In this document: positions 11,936 to 23,377 of the stretch, piece after piece
Layout of the letters: every line of letters starts with the position of its first letter
How positions within the stretch are numbered: the first letter of the stretch is position 1
NCBI GenBank assembly: GCA_021323595.1
Contig: JAJPKR010000012.1
Coordinates: 4,056-68,055 of the forward strand
Reading direction: 5' to 3'
DNA from: Terriglobia bacterium
GTDB lineage: Bacteria > Acidobacteriota > Terriglobia > Terriglobales > SCQP01
Length of the DNA stretch: 64,000 nt
Translations under genes and position numbers: made by a program
The notes under the pieces: model-generated
Databases searched by the model: none
The model's input: the letters and a program-made list of their open reading frames with translations, nothing else
Told to the model about the DNA's origin: nothing

Positions 11936-13147
11936 ATGCCGGCGCTGGCAATTTCGAACGAAGAGCTGGCGGATCAACTCGCGCTCGTATGCGAGAGCAG
12001 CGAGGTGAAGGCCGCGCGGGCGCGATTTGCGCGCTGGGAACCGTGGCTGCGGCAGCAACAAATCGAGATTTGCCGCATCGCGGCGCCGAGCGGCGGCGAA
12101 GGGCGGCGCGCGGAGTGGATGCGGCGCGAATTCGAGCGCTGGGGCTGGACCGCCGGGCTGGACGAAGCCGGCAACGCCGTCGCGGTTTGGCCGGGGTGGA
12201 AGGCGGCGCCGCGAGTGGCGTTCACCGCGCATCTCGACACCGCCTTTCCGCCGGGACAAGCGGCCGAGCCGGTGTTCTATAACGGCAAGTTGATGGGGCC
12301 GGGCGTTTGCGACAACGGCGCCGGGCTGGTGGCGCTGCTGGCGCTGGCGCGGGCGGCGGCGGAAGGCCGGGGGAGCGCGCGTCCTTTGGCGTTGATCGCG
12401 AACGTGGGCGAAGAGGGCGAGGGCAATCTGCGCGGCATGCGCTACGTTTTCGAGCAGAGCCCGTGGCGGGAGCGGCTCGATTACACGGTGGTCGTGGATG
12501 GCGCCGGCTGCGACCAGATCACGGTCGCCGCACTGGGGAGCACGCGGGTGAAGGTGACGTTTCGCGGGCCGGGCGGGCACAGCTGGTGCGACGCCGGCAC
12601 GGCCAGCGCCATCCATGCGCTGGGCCGGGCCATCGCGCTGCTGGCAGCGCGGGCGGCCAGCGTGCCGGGGCTGGAGGCGTGCCAAGCGGCGCTGATCGAG
12701 GGCGGCAGCGCCGTCAACGCGATCGCCGCCGGCGCCAGCATGAAGCTCGACCTGCGCGCGGCGGCGCCCGAGCGCTTGGAGGCGCTGGCGCTGCGGGCGC
12801 GCGAGTGCGTCGAGGCGGCGGTGGCGGAAGAGAACCGCGCCAGCCGCGCCGGGCGCGTCGAATACGACTGGGAAGTCATCGGCCAGCGGCCCTGGGGCCG
12901 GCTCGATGGCGAGGCGACGCTGCTGCGCGCCGTGCGCGCCGTGGACGCTTGGCTCGGCATTCAGGCGCAGGCGCAAGCGGCTTCCACCGACGCCAACATT
13001 CCCTTGGCGCTCGGCCGCCAGGCGGTGCGGTTGGGAGCGGGCGGCCGCGGCGGCGGCGCGCATACCGTGCGCGAATGGTACGATCCCAGCGGCCGCGACC
13101 TGGCGCTGCAGCGGCTGCTGCTGCTGGCGTTGACGCTCACGGCGTAG
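11936..13147 (+). CDS. M20 family metallopeptidase (peptidase T / deacylase-like)
   Basis: 403 aa with motifs AFTAHLDTAFP, CDNGAGL and NVGEEGEGNLRGM. Confidence 0.75.
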   Translation: MPALAISNEELADQLALVCESSEVKAARARFARWEPWLRQQQIEICRIAAPSGGEGRRAEWMRREFERWGWTAGLDEAGNAVAVWPGWKAAPRVAFTAHLDTAFPPGQAAEPVFYNGKLMGPGVCDNGAGLVALLALARAAAEGRGSARPLALIANVGEEGEGNLRGMRYVFEQSPWRERLDYTVVVDGAGCDQITVAALGSTRVKVTFRGPGGHSWCDAGTASAIHALGRAIALLAARAASVPGLEACQAALIEGGSAVNAIAAGASMKLDLRAAAPERLEALALRARECVEAAVAEENRASRAGRVEYDWEVIGQRPWGRLDGEATLLRAVRAVDAWLGIQAQAQAASTDANIPLALGRQAVRLGAGGRGGGAHTVREWYDPSGRDLALQRLLLLALTLTA

Positions 13148-13167
13148 CCGGGCCGCGCGGCGGAATC

Positions 13168-14124
13168 ATGTCTCCTCCCGATGCGGCAACCCGAAGCCGG
13201 CAAGGCGCGTCCGCGGGCGCGGCGGCGGGCGAGCCGCCGCCGCGCGGGCCCGCGGCATGGAAGGCCGACTTAGCACTGCTCGGCATCACGGCGATCTGGG
13301 GCGTCACCTTCGTGGTGGTGAAGCGCGCGCTGGCCGACGCCTCGCCCTTGGCCTTCAATGCGGCGCGCTTGCTGCTCGCCGCCGTGCTCTTGGTCGCCGT
13401 CTACCGGCGCCAGGTGCGCCGCCTCGCCGGCAAGGTCTGGGGGGCGGGGGCGCTGGTCGGGCTCTTCATGGCGCTCGGCTATGCATTCCAGACGATGGGC
13501 CTGGAATACACGACGCCGGCGAAGTCGGCCTTCCTCACCGGCTTGTCGGTGATCATCGTGCCCTTCTATGCCGCCGTCTGGCTACGCCGCGCGCCGGGCG
13601 CGGGCACGTATTGCGGCGCCTTGCTGGCGCTGGCAGGGCTCTACTTCTTGGCCTTTGCGCGGGGAGCGGGCGGCGGCTGGACCGCGGCCAACTGGGGGGA
13701 TTTGCTGACGCTCGCCTGCGCCGCCGCCTTCGCCGGCCATATCGTGGCGCTCGGCGAGTTCACGGTGCGCTTTCCCTTCGAGCAATTGGCGGTGCTGCAG
13801 GTCGGCTTCGCCGCCCTCTTCACTTCCGCCGGCGCGCTGGCGATCGAGCATATCCGCCTGCGGTGGACTCCGGAGCTGATCGCGGCGCTGGCGATCACCG
13901 CCGTGCTGGCCACAGCGCTGGCCTTCACTGTGCAAGCCTGGGCGCAGCAGTTCACGCCGGCGAGCCATACCGCGATCGTGTTTGCCGCCGAACCGGTCTT
14001 CGCCTGGGTCACAAGCCTGAGCCTGGGGCTCGAGGCGTTCACGGCGCAGGTGGCGCTGGGCGCAGGCCTGATCTTGGCGGCCATCGTGACCGTCGAATTC
14101 TGGAAGCCGCGACGGGGCGCCTAG
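13168..14124 (+). CDS. EamA/DMT family transporter
   Basis: The start was taken at the ATG at 13168 (MSPPDAATRS...). Ten hydrophobic segments form two EamA-like halves (LGITAIWGVTFVVVKRAL...). The 5' 287 codons of the 605-aa track ORF overlap the M20 gene out of frame. Confidence 0.8.
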   Translation: MSPPDAATRSRQGASAGAAAGEPPPRGPAAWKADLALLGITAIWGVTFVVVKRALADASPLAFNAARLLLAAVLLVAVYRRQVRRLAGKVWGAGALVGLFMALGYAFQTMGLEYTTPAKSAFLTGLSVIIVPFYAAVWLRRAPGAGTYCGALLALAGLYFLAFARGAGGGWTAANWGDLLTLACAAAFAGHIVALGEFTVRFPFEQLAVLQVGFAALFTSAGALAIEHIRLRWTPELIAALAITAVLATALAFTVQAWAQQFTPASHTAIVFAAEPVFAWVTSLSLGLEAFTAQVALGAGLILAAIVTVEFWKPRRGA

Positions 14125-14299
14125 GCCGTCCGCATCGCGGAAGCCCCAGCATTCCTTACGCCGCGTTGCGGGAGCCTGCAGCGGCGGCCGCAGGAGCGGC
14201 GCGGCGCGGGGCGGGGCGGTTGCGGGCGATGCGAGGCCCCGGGAATCGTGCCGCCGCCGCGACGGGACTGAAGCTGAGCGCCCCAGCGCGGATCAAGGC

Positions 14300-14542
14300 G
14301 TGCCGGGAGCATTCGTTCATGTCCATACGTTCCGATGCATCACCCCGGCGATGACCGAGCGGTATGGCATTCCCAACGCATGCGGAACCTGCCACGCCCA
14401 GCAAGGCGCCGCCTGGGCGGCACGCCGGCTGGCCCAATGGTTTTCGCCTTGGCGGATGGAATCAGCGGTGCAGACCGCTGCGGCGGGAGCCGATCCGGGG
14501 ATTTTGGGGGGCGCCAAGGCCGAATTCTCCGGGCGGCGATGA
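14300..14542 (+). pseudogene. Possible relic of the last-heme region of a c-type (multi)heme cytochrome gene
   Basis: An isolated 80-codon ORF contains one CXXCH motif (NACGTCHAQQGAAWAARRL) and has no upstream cytochrome body. It sits in an otherwise gene-free ~600-bp gap. Confidence 0.25.
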
Positions 14543-14741
14543 TCGGACCTGGCCGTAAGGCATGTTGCGACCGCGGGTGCGGCCGTACCGTGGAAAGCGG
14601 CGGGCCAGCCTATAATCGGGACAGGCTGTAGGGGCGCCAACCGTGCTGGACGCCGCTTGTGGGGCGCTGCCGGCAAGGGCAAGCGCGGGGGCCTGACCCA
14701 ACCGCCGCGCAAGAGTCCGCCACCGGCGAGCAGTAACTCCG

Positions 14742-16376
<1,635 letters not shown>

Positions 16377-16482
16377 GCGGAGGCGAGCGATCCCCCGCCT
16401 CGCCGCGGCTGGCGGCGTATCCGCCGGCCCGCGGGCTCGCCGTGGCCCCGCGCGGTTTCGCGTCAGCCGGGGCGCGGCGGCG

Positions 16483-16821
16483 ATGGCGCTGGCGCTCGGC
16501 TTAGCGCTGGGCGCCGGCGGAGCGAGCACCCATCATCATGCGCGCCGGACGCGGCGGCGGAGCGTCGCCGCAACCGGCATCAGCCATGCCCGCGCGCGGC
16601 AGATTCAGTTAGCGCTGGAGCATGCCGGGTACTTGCGCCACGCGAGCGGCCGCTGGGATGCGACCACGCGCGCGGCGATGAAGCGCTACCAGCAAGACCA
16701 CCATTGGCAGACGCGCTTCGTGCCCGATTCCCGCGCCTTGATCGCCCTGGGCCTGGGCCCGAAATACGACCAGCCCGCCGCCGTCGCCGCCTCGGCGCCG
16801 GAGCCGAAAACCCACAACTAG
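16483..16821 (+). CDS. Small secreted protein with a peptidoglycan-binding-like (PG_binding_1) domain
   Basis: The start was taken at the internal ATG that gives [15 protein letters not shown]. The region [16 protein letters not shown]....[16 protein letters not shown] resembles the PG-binding repeat. Confidence 0.55.
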   Translation: MALALGLALGAGGASTHHHARRTRRRSVAATGISHARARQIQLALEHAGYLRHASGRWDATTRAAMKRYQQDHHWQTRFVPDSRALIALGLGPKYDQPAAVAASAPEPKTHN

Positions 16822-16943
16822 CCGCAGGCCGCCGTCGCGCGCCGCCAGCCTGCCTTCGCGCAGGAGAGCAGGGCGGAGATATCGGCCTTCGTTGCCGCAA
16901 GGACCGGCGTTTGGGCCGCGCCCAAAAGAGGTACCCTGGTGGC

Positions 16944-18443
16944 ATGGTCGCCATGGATAGCGCCGCACGCACGTTTCATAACCTGATTGCCGGGGAATGG
17001 CGCGAGCCGCTCAGCGGCGAATACCTGGAGAATCGCAATCCGGCGAGGCGCGGCGAGCTGATCGGGCTGTTTCCGCGCTCGAATGCCGAAGACGTCGAGC
17101 TCGCGGTGGCGGCGGCCGCCGAGGCGTATCGCAGGTGGCGGGCGACGCCGGCGCCGCGGCGCGCCGAGCTGCTGTTTCGCGCCGGCCAGATCCTGATCGA
17201 AAACAAGCAGAGCTACGCGCGCGATATGACGCGGGAAATGGGCAAGGTGCTGCTCGAGACCGGCGGCGACGTGCAAGAAGCGATTGACATGCTGTTTTTC
17301 ATGGCCGGCGAGGGGCGCCGCCTGTATGGCGCGACGACGCCGTCGGAGTTGCCGAACAAGGCGTGCCTGACGGCGCGCGTGCCGCTGGGCGTGGCCGGCC
17401 TGATCACGCCCTGGAATTTCCCGATGGCGATTCCGAGCTGGAAGATCGTACCGGCGCTGATCTGCGGCAACACCGTGGTGCTGAAGCCCGCCGAGGACAC
17501 GCCGCTGTCGGCGGTGAATTTCGTCAACGCGCTGATCGAAGCCGGCGTGCCGAACGGAGTGGTGAATTTGGTGATGGGGACGGGTCCGGAGTGCGGCGCG
17601 CCGCTGGCGGCGCATCCCGGAACGCGGATCATCTCCTTCACCGGATCGACCGAAGTGGGGCGGCAGGTGGGACAGCAGGCAGCCCGGCTCTTCAAGCACT
17701 GCAATCTCGAGCTGGGCGGCAAGAACGCGATCATCGTCCTGGACGACGCCGATCTGGAGCTCGCCGTGGACGGCGCGCTGTGGGGCGCGTTCGGCACCAG
17801 CGGCCAGCGCTGCACTGCCGCGAGCCGGCTCATCGTGCAGAAGGGCATTCACGGAAAGTTCGTCGAGCGGCTGACCGAGCGCGCGGCGCGGCTGAAGGTC
17901 GGCGACGGGCTCGATCCCAATACCCAAGTGGGGCCGCTGATCAATCAAGAGCAGTTGGAGACGGTCGAGCGCTACGTCGAGATCGGACGCGGCGAAGGCG
18001 CGAAGCTGCGCCTCGGCGGCGCCCGGATGGAAGAGGGGGAATTGGCGCAGGGCTATTTCTTTGCGCCGACGATTTTCACCGATTGCGCGCCGGAGATGCG
18101 CATCGCGCAGGAGGAGATCTTCGGGCCGGTCGTTTCCGTGCTGGCCTGCGAGGACTTGGAGTCCGCGCTCGAGATCGCCAACGGCGTCAGTTACGGGCTC
18201 TCGGCCTCGATCTACACGCGCGACGTGAATGCCGCGATGCGCGCCGCCCGCGATCTCGAAACCGGCATCGTCTATATCAACGCTCCCACCATCGGCGCGG
18301 AAGTCCATCTGCCCTTCGGCGGCACCAAGAACACCGGCAACGGCCATCGCGAGAGCGGGCTGGCCACGCTCGATGTTTACAGCGAGTGGAAGACGATCTA
18401 TGTCGATTACAGCGGTGCGCTACAACGAGCGCAAATCGATTGA
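16944..18443 (+). CDS. NAD(P)+-dependent aldehyde dehydrogenase
   Basis: Motifs FTGSTEVG, the catalytic Glu in LELGGKN, the catalytic Cys in GQRCTA, and EEIFGPV are present. The start was trimmed to the ATG at 16944 ([19 protein letters not shown]). Confidence 0.9.
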   Translation: MVAMDSAARTFHNLIAGEWREPLSGEYLENRNPARRGELIGLFPRSNAEDVELAVAAAAEAYRRWRATPAPRRAELLFRAGQILIENKQSYARDMTREMGKVLLETGGDVQEAIDMLFFMAGEGRRLYGATTPSELPNKACLTARVPLGVAGLITPWNFPMAIPSWKIVPALICGNTVVLKPAEDTPLSAVNFVNALIEAGVPNGVVNLVMGTGPECGAPLAAHPGTRIISFTGSTEVGRQVGQQAARLFKHCNLELGGKNAIIVLDDADLELAVDGALWGAFGTSGQRCTAASRLIVQKGIHGKFVERLTERAARLKVGDGLDPNTQVGPLINQEQLETVERYVEIGRGEGAKLRLGGARMEEGELAQGYFFAPTIFTDCAPEMRIAQEEIFGPVVSVLACEDLESALEIANGVSYGLSASIYTRDVNAAMRAARDLETGIVYINAPTIGAEVHLPFGGTKNTGNGHRESGLATLDVYSEWKTIYVDYSGALQRAQID

Positions 18444-18659
18444 TGGGAGCTGGTGACGCGGAGCCGCCGGTTGCGGCGCCCGCAGACGATCTTGACGCGC
18501 ATGCCGTCCTGACGAGCGCGACCAGGAGCCGAGGAATGCCCGTCGGACGCCGCCCCGCGCCGCACCGAAACGGGTAACGCCTTGATTCTGCTTGCCTTGC
18601 CTTCGAGGGCTCCGACGGCTTAAAATACAAGCTAGGCGTCCTGTCCGCCGTTGGTGTAA

Positions 18660-19715
18660 ATGACTGAAACCAAAGATGATCGGCACCAGCTCAGCGATCG
18701 CGAGCGGGCCATTCTGGCCAGTGTGGTGGAGCTGTATCTCGAGCGCGGCGAACCGGTAGCCTCGCGGCATGTGGCCGAACAGCATGGAGAACGGTGGAGT
18801 TCGGCCACGGTGCGAAATGTCTTCGCTGAATTGGAGGCCGGCGGTTGGCTCGCCCAGCCGCATCCTTCCGCAGGCCGGGTTCCGACGATCGAGGCGTTGC
18901 GGATGTACGTCGGCCAGTTGCCTCTCCCCACGGCGCTGAGCAACGCCGATGAGGAGCAGTTGCAGCGCACGCTGGCGGGGGCGGAAGGCTCGGAGTTGCT
19001 CGCGCGAGCCTGCCAATTCCTGTCGTCGTTTTCGCGCCGCATCGGCGTGGTCGCGGTGGCCCCCCTCACCGATCCCATGCTCAAGCACGTTCGCTTTTTG
19101 CGGCTGAGCGAGCGGCGAGTGCTGGCGATCTTGATCACCGACGACGAGCAGATTCGCGAGCGCGCGGTGCGGCTGCCCGAGGATTACGGGCAAGAGGAAT
19201 TGGATCAGGTCGCGCGCTATTTGAACTCGGCGTTCAGCGGCTGGAAGTTCGAGCGCATCCGGCGCGAGTTGTTGCGGCGGGTCAGCGAGGACCGCGCGGC
19301 GTACGACCGGCTTTTGCAGCGCGTGCTGGTTCTCTATCACACCGGCGTTTTGCAGTTGCAGGATGCCGGGCAGGTGTTCGTGGAAGGCACCAGCTATTTG
19401 GTGCCGCTGCTCGAGGACCATCAGCGGCTGGCGGAGATTTTGGGCGCGCTCGCAGCCAAGGAAAAGGTGCTGGCGCTGGTGAGCGGCATTTGCGAGCAAT
19501 TGAACGAGGACGGCTCCGCGCAATCGCAACTGCGAATTCAGGTGGGACTGGAGAGCTTGCCCGATTTCGCGCTAGTGGCGGCGCCCTATTGCACGCCCGA
19601 CCATTTGCACGGAGCGGTGGCGATTCTGAGCCCCGCCCGAATGGAATACGAGCGCGCCGCCGGTGCGGTATGGCGCGTGCGGGAAATCTTCAGCCAAGTC
19701 ATCCGGGATAATTGA
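18660..19715 (+). CDS. hrcA: Heat-inducible transcription repressor HrcA
   Basis: 351 aa with an N-terminal winged-helix region LSDRERAILASVVELYLERGEPVASR. Its position directly upstream of grpE-dnaJ supports the call. Confidence 0.88.
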   Translation: MTETKDDRHQLSDRERAILASVVELYLERGEPVASRHVAEQHGERWSSATVRNVFAELEAGGWLAQPHPSAGRVPTIEALRMYVGQLPLPTALSNADEEQLQRTLAGAEGSELLARACQFLSSFSRRIGVVAVAPLTDPMLKHVRFLRLSERRVLAILITDDEQIRERAVRLPEDYGQEELDQVARYLNSAFSGWKFERIRRELLRRVSEDRAAYDRLLQRVLVLYHTGVLQLQDAGQVFVEGTSYLVPLLEDHQRLAEILGALAAKEKVLALVSGICEQLNEDGSAQSQLRIQVGLESLPDFALVAAPYCTPDHLHGAVAILSPARMEYERAAGAVWRVREIFSQVIRDN

Positions 19716-19719
19716 AGCG

Positions 19720-20325
19720 ATGAGGGCAGACGAATCATCTCCCGATGAGAGGACACCCGTGCCGGCGGAGACCGGTGCCGCGGACGCGCCCGGCGGCGGG
19801 CCTGCCGAGCCGCAGTCCGGCGAAGCGGCCGCGGACGAGATCCGGCGGTTGAAGGCCGAGCGCGACCAGATGAGCGATCAGCTGCTGCGCGCGCTGGCCG
19901 ATTTCGACAACTATCGCAAGCGCGCCGTGCGCGAGCAGGGCGAACAGCGGCTGCAGGGCATGATGGAGGCGTTTCGCGCCGTGCTGCCGGCGCTGGACGG
20001 CGTGGAGCGGGCCCTGGCGATCCAGAGCGGCACGGCGGAGGATCTGCGCAAGGGGCTGGAATTGATGCGGCGGCAGACGCTCGAGGCCGTGCGCCGAATC
20101 GGCGTCGAACCGATCGAGACGCTGGGCAAGCCCTTCGATCCCCACTGGGCGCAAGCCGTGGAGATGGTGCCCACTCAGGATGCACCCAACCATTTCGTGA
20201 TCGAGGAGTTACAACGCGGCTATAAGTTGCGCGACAAGCTGGTGCGCCCGGCGATGGTGCGGGTGGCGGAAAATCCGAACGGCGGCGCGCCCGAGCGGGA
20301 GCCGGCGGCCGAGAAGCAGGCGTGA
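19720..20325 (+). CDS. grpE: Nucleotide exchange factor GrpE
   Basis: A coiled-coil region LLRALADFDNYRKR is followed by the C-terminal motif GYKLRDKLVRPAMVRV. The start was chosen at the ATG at 19720, just after the hrcA stop. Confidence 0.9.
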   Translation: MRADESSPDERTPVPAETGAADAPGGGPAEPQSGEAAADEIRRLKAERDQMSDQLLRALADFDNYRKRAVREQGEQRLQGMMEAFRAVLPALDGVERALAIQSGTAEDLRKGLELMRRQTLEAVRRIGVEPIETLGKPFDPHWAQAVEMVPTQDAPNHFVIEELQRGYKLRDKLVRPAMVRVAENPNGGAPEREPAAEKQA

Positions 20326-20346
20326 CGGGGAAAGCGGGCGGTTAGA

Positions 20347-21486
20347 ATGGCAACCATGGCGGGCAAGCGCGATTATTACGAGGTCTTGGGAGTCGGCCGC
20401 GACGCCGACGAGCAGCAGATCAAGAGCGCCTACCGCCGCTTGGCCTTGCAATATCATCCCGACCGCAATCGCGAGGATCCCGCTGCGGAAGAAAAATTCA
20501 AGGAAGCCTCGGAAGCCTACAGCGTGCTGTGCGACCCGCAAAAGCGGGCGCAGTACGACCGTTTCGGCCATGCCGGGGTGGGCACGGGCACCGGCAACGG
20601 CGGCGACTTCGACCCTTCGTTGTTCGCCGATTTTTCGGATATCTTCGGCGACTTCTTCGGCTTCGGCGATCTTTTCGGCGGTGGCGCGCGGCGCCGGCCG
20701 GGGCAGGCGCGGCGCGGCAGCGACCTGCGCTATGAATTGGAATTGACCTTCGAGGAGGCTCTTTTCGGCGCGGAAAAGACGCTGCGCTTCACGCGCCTGA
20801 CCGCTTGCGGCGAATGCAAGGGCCGGGGCACGCGCAAGGGCGCGGCGCCGACGCCGTGCGCCACCTGCGGCGGCCGCGGCCAGGTGCGGTACCAGCAGGG
20901 ATTTTTCAGCATCGCCCGCACCTGCTCGAGCTGCGGCGGCGCGGGCACCGTCATCCGCGACCCCTGCCCCGCCTGCCATGGCCGCGGCCGCATCGAGCAA
21001 GAAACGCAGAAGCAAGTGACGATTCCGGCGGGAATCGACGAGGGCCATCAGTTGCGGCTCAGCGGGGAAGGCGAAGCCGGCCTGCAAGGAGGACCGAACG
21101 GCGACCTCTACGTGGCGGTGCGCATTCAGCCGCATCCTTTTTTTGAGCGGCGCGAGACGGAACTGTATTGCCACATTCCCATATCCTTTCCGCAGGCCGT
21201 ATTGGGATGCGACCTGACGGTGCCCTCGCCTTGGGGAGAGGAGAAAGTCCAGGTGCCGGCGGGAACCACCAGCGGGACGGAACTGCCGCCGCTGCGCGGC
21301 AAGGGCGTGCCGCGTCTGAATGGGCGCGGCCGCGGGGATCTGCACGTGATCGTGGATCTTGAAGTGCCCCGCAAGCTGACGCGCGAGCAACGGCTGCTGA
21401 TCGAGCAGCTGGCCGAGGCGCTGCCCAACGACAATCGTCCGCGCGAGCGCGGCCTGTTCGAGAAAGTGCGCGATTTCTTCGCGTGA
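20347..21486 (+). CDS. dnaJ: Molecular chaperone DnaJ (type I)
   Basis: J-domain DYYEVLGV...HPDRN, a G/F-rich linker, and four CxxCxGxG zinc motifs (CGECKGRG, CATCGGRG, CSSCGGAG, CPACHGRG) are present. Confidence 0.95.
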   Translation: MATMAGKRDYYEVLGVGRDADEQQIKSAYRRLALQYHPDRNREDPAAEEKFKEASEAYSVLCDPQKRAQYDRFGHAGVGTGTGNGGDFDPSLFADFSDIFGDFFGFGDLFGGGARRRPGQARRGSDLRYELELTFEEALFGAEKTLRFTRLTACGECKGRGTRKGAAPTPCATCGGRGQVRYQQGFFSIARTCSSCGGAGTVIRDPCPACHGRGRIEQETQKQVTIPAGIDEGHQLRLSGEGEAGLQGGPNGDLYVAVRIQPHPFFERRETELYCHIPISFPQAVLGCDLTVPSPWGEEKVQVPAGTTSGTELPPLRGKGVPRLNGRGRGDLHVIVDLEVPRKLTREQRLLIEQLAEALPNDNRPRERGLFEKVRDFFA

Positions 21487-21490
21487 GCGC

Positions 21491-22204
21491 TTGTCCCGCC
21501 GCTTGTTTTTCGCCGAATTCGCCGCCGCCGATCGCGCCGTGGTGCGGGGCGCGGAGGCGCGCCATTTAGCGGTCGTGCTGCGCGCGCGGCCGGGCAAGGA
21601 GTACGATTTGGCGATTGCCGGCGGAAAGTTCCGCGCCACGGTGGCGAAGGCGACGGCGGCGGCGGTGGAGTTCGAGAACCTGCGGCCAGTCGAGGCGGGT
21701 GCCGCGCGGCGGGAAGTGACCTTGCTGGCCGCGATCTTTCGCTTCGAGCGTTTCGAATGGATGGTGGAAAAAGCCACCGAGTTGGGGGTGGCGGCCATTC
21801 AGCCGCTCATCGCGGCCCGCACGGCGGCGCCTTTGGCTCGCGCCGCCGCGGCGCGGTGGGCGCGTTGGGAACGGCTGGCGCTGGCGGCGGCGCAGCAGGC
21901 GCGGCGAGTGGACGCCGTGCGCGTGCAGCCGCCGGTCGCCGCGCCGGCCGCGTTCGCGGGAGCGGGTAGCGGTGCGGCGCGGATCTTGCTGACCGCGGGC
22001 GGCGCCGCGCCGGCCTTGGGCGAATTGCTGACGGCAGAGACGGGGCGGGCGGTTGTGCTCGCCGTCGGGCCGGAGGGCGGTTGGAGCGAGGCGGAGGAGC
22101 GGGCGGCGCGCGATGCGGGGTTCGCGGCCGCATCCCTCGGGCCGCTGATCTTGCGCGCGGAGACGGCGGCGATCGCCGCGTTGGCGCTTTGCGAGCTGGC
22201 ATGA
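21491..22204 (+). CDS. rsmE: 16S rRNA (uracil1498-N3)-methyltransferase RsmE
   Basis: 237 aa with a TTG start. The ERFEWMVEKATELGV and VGPEGGWSEAE motifs are typical of RsmE, and the gene follows dnaJ as in many bacteria. Confidence 0.8.
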   Translation: MSRRLFFAEFAAADRAVVRGAEARHLAVVLRARPGKEYDLAIAGGKFRATVAKATAAAVEFENLRPVEAGAARREVTLLAAIFRFERFEWMVEKATELGVAAIQPLIAARTAAPLARAAAARWARWERLALAAAQQARRVDAVRVQPPVAAPAAFAGAGSGAARILLTAGGAAPALGELLTAETGRAVVLAVGPEGGWSEAEERAARDAGFAAASLGPLILRAETAAIAALALCELA

Positions 22205-22614
22205 GCAGCCGGCAGATCGTCGCCGGCTTGCTGCGCGACGCGGAAGGGCGGTTCCTGATCGGGCAGCGCGCACGCCACAAGAGCCACGGCTTGCAATGGG
22301 AATTTCCTGGCGGCAAGGTCGAGCGCGGGGAAGGCGAGGAGCAAGCGCTGGCGCGGGAACTACGAGAAGAACTGGACATTGCCGCGGAGATCGGGCCGCT
22401 GGCCGCGCGAGTTCGGCATCGGTACGACCGCGGCCCGACGCTCGAGATCGCGTTCTATTGGGTGGCGGCGTATTCGGGAAAGATCGCCAACCGTGTGTTT
22501 GAAGCGATCGCCTGGGCGCCGCCGGGCGAAATGGCCACCTATGACTTTCTTAGCGCCGACCGGAGCTTGATCGAACAATTGGCGCGCGGCGAACTCCAGT
22601 GGCCCGTCCCTTGA
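22201..22614 (+). CDS. NUDIX hydrolase, MutT-like (8-oxo-dGTP diphosphatase type)
   Basis: Nudix box GGKVERGEGEEQALARELREELDI is present. The ATG at 22201 overlaps the rsmE stop (ATGA), suggesting translational coupling. Confidence 0.8.
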   Translation: MSSRQIVAGLLRDAEGRFLIGQRARHKSHGLQWEFPGGKVERGEGEEQALARELREELDIAAEIGPLAARVRHRYDRGPTLEIAFYWVAAYSGKIANRVFEAIAWAPPGEMATYDFLSADRSLIEQLARGELQWPVP

Positions 22615-22750
22615 ACCAGGCCCGGCCACGCTCCGGCCTCTGCGGAATCGGCTGCCCCGCCGCCGCCCGGCCCTGATCGCTAGCCCGGCCCGGCGGCGCC
22701 GATCGCCCCTCCCTCGCCGCGGTCCCAGGGGCGATAATGGCGGAAGAAGC

Positions 22751-23365
22751 ATGGCGAGCGTTTCTCCAAGCCCCGCCGCTAGCGGCGCGCCGCGGGTGCT
22801 GATCGTCGAAGACGAAGATCTGATTCGCGATACCTATGCGCTCAGGCTGAGCCATGAGGGCTTCGTCGTGGCGGAGGCGCGCAATGGGCGGGAAGCGCTG
22901 GCGCAGGCGCGGCAAGGCGTGCCGCACTTGATCTTGTTGGACGTGATGCTGCCCGACATCAGCGGCTTCGAAGTGCTCAAGGCGCTGCGAGCGGACCGGC
23001 GCTTTTTGGACGTGCCGGTCGTGCTCTTCACCAACCTCAGCCAGCACATCGACAAGCATCAGGCGGCCCGGTTGGGCGCCACCGACTACCTGGTCAAATC
23101 GGAAGTCTCGCCGGCGGAAGTCGTGAACAAGGTGCGCTCGCTGCTGGCCGACAGCGCCGGGCAGCGGCCGATCGCGAACTTTCGCCTGTACGTGGATGCC
23201 GAGCGCGGCGACGCCGGCGCGCTGGCCGCGCTGCTGGGCTATCCGCGCGACTTGCGCTGCCCGAAATGCGGCACCACCATGGTGGTGCAATTGTACGGGG
23301 ATTTCAGCGACCCCTGGTCGCGCAGTTTCCGCGCGCGGATGCGCTGTCCCGCCTGCCGGGAGTAG
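22751..23365 (+). CDS. Response regulator: receiver domain plus a C-terminal CxxC...CxxC zinc-ribbon-like tail, with no recognisable HTH output
   Basis: Receiver motifs VLIVEDE, LILLDVMLPD and DYLVKS are present. The C-terminus reads LRCPKCGTTMVVQLYGDFSDPWSRSFRARMRCPACRE. Confidence 0.85.
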   Translation: MASVSPSPAASGAPRVLIVEDEDLIRDTYALRLSHEGFVVAEARNGREALAQARQGVPHLILLDVMLPDISGFEVLKALRADRRFLDVPVVLFTNLSQHIDKHQAARLGATDYLVKSEVSPAEVVNKVRSLLADSAGQRPIANFRLYVDAERGDAGALAALLGYPRDLRCPKCGTTMVVQLYGDFSDPWSRSFRARMRCPACRE

Positions 23366-23377
23366 GCCGGCTGTTTC

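Noticed and set aside
12307-14124. A 605-aa ORF spanning the M20 peptidase region and the EamA transporter.
   Set aside because: Its first 287 codons overlap the M20 gene in another frame and are Arg/Gly-rich. The transporter begins at the ATG at 13168, right after the M20 stop.
18444-18659. I looked for a CIRCE element (TTAGCACTC-N9-GAGTGCTAA) upstream of hrcA. I also looked upstream of hsp20/clpB, htpX and dnaJ.
   Set aside because: Nothing resembling either CIRCE half-site was found by eye in these regions, so no CIRCE feature is reported.
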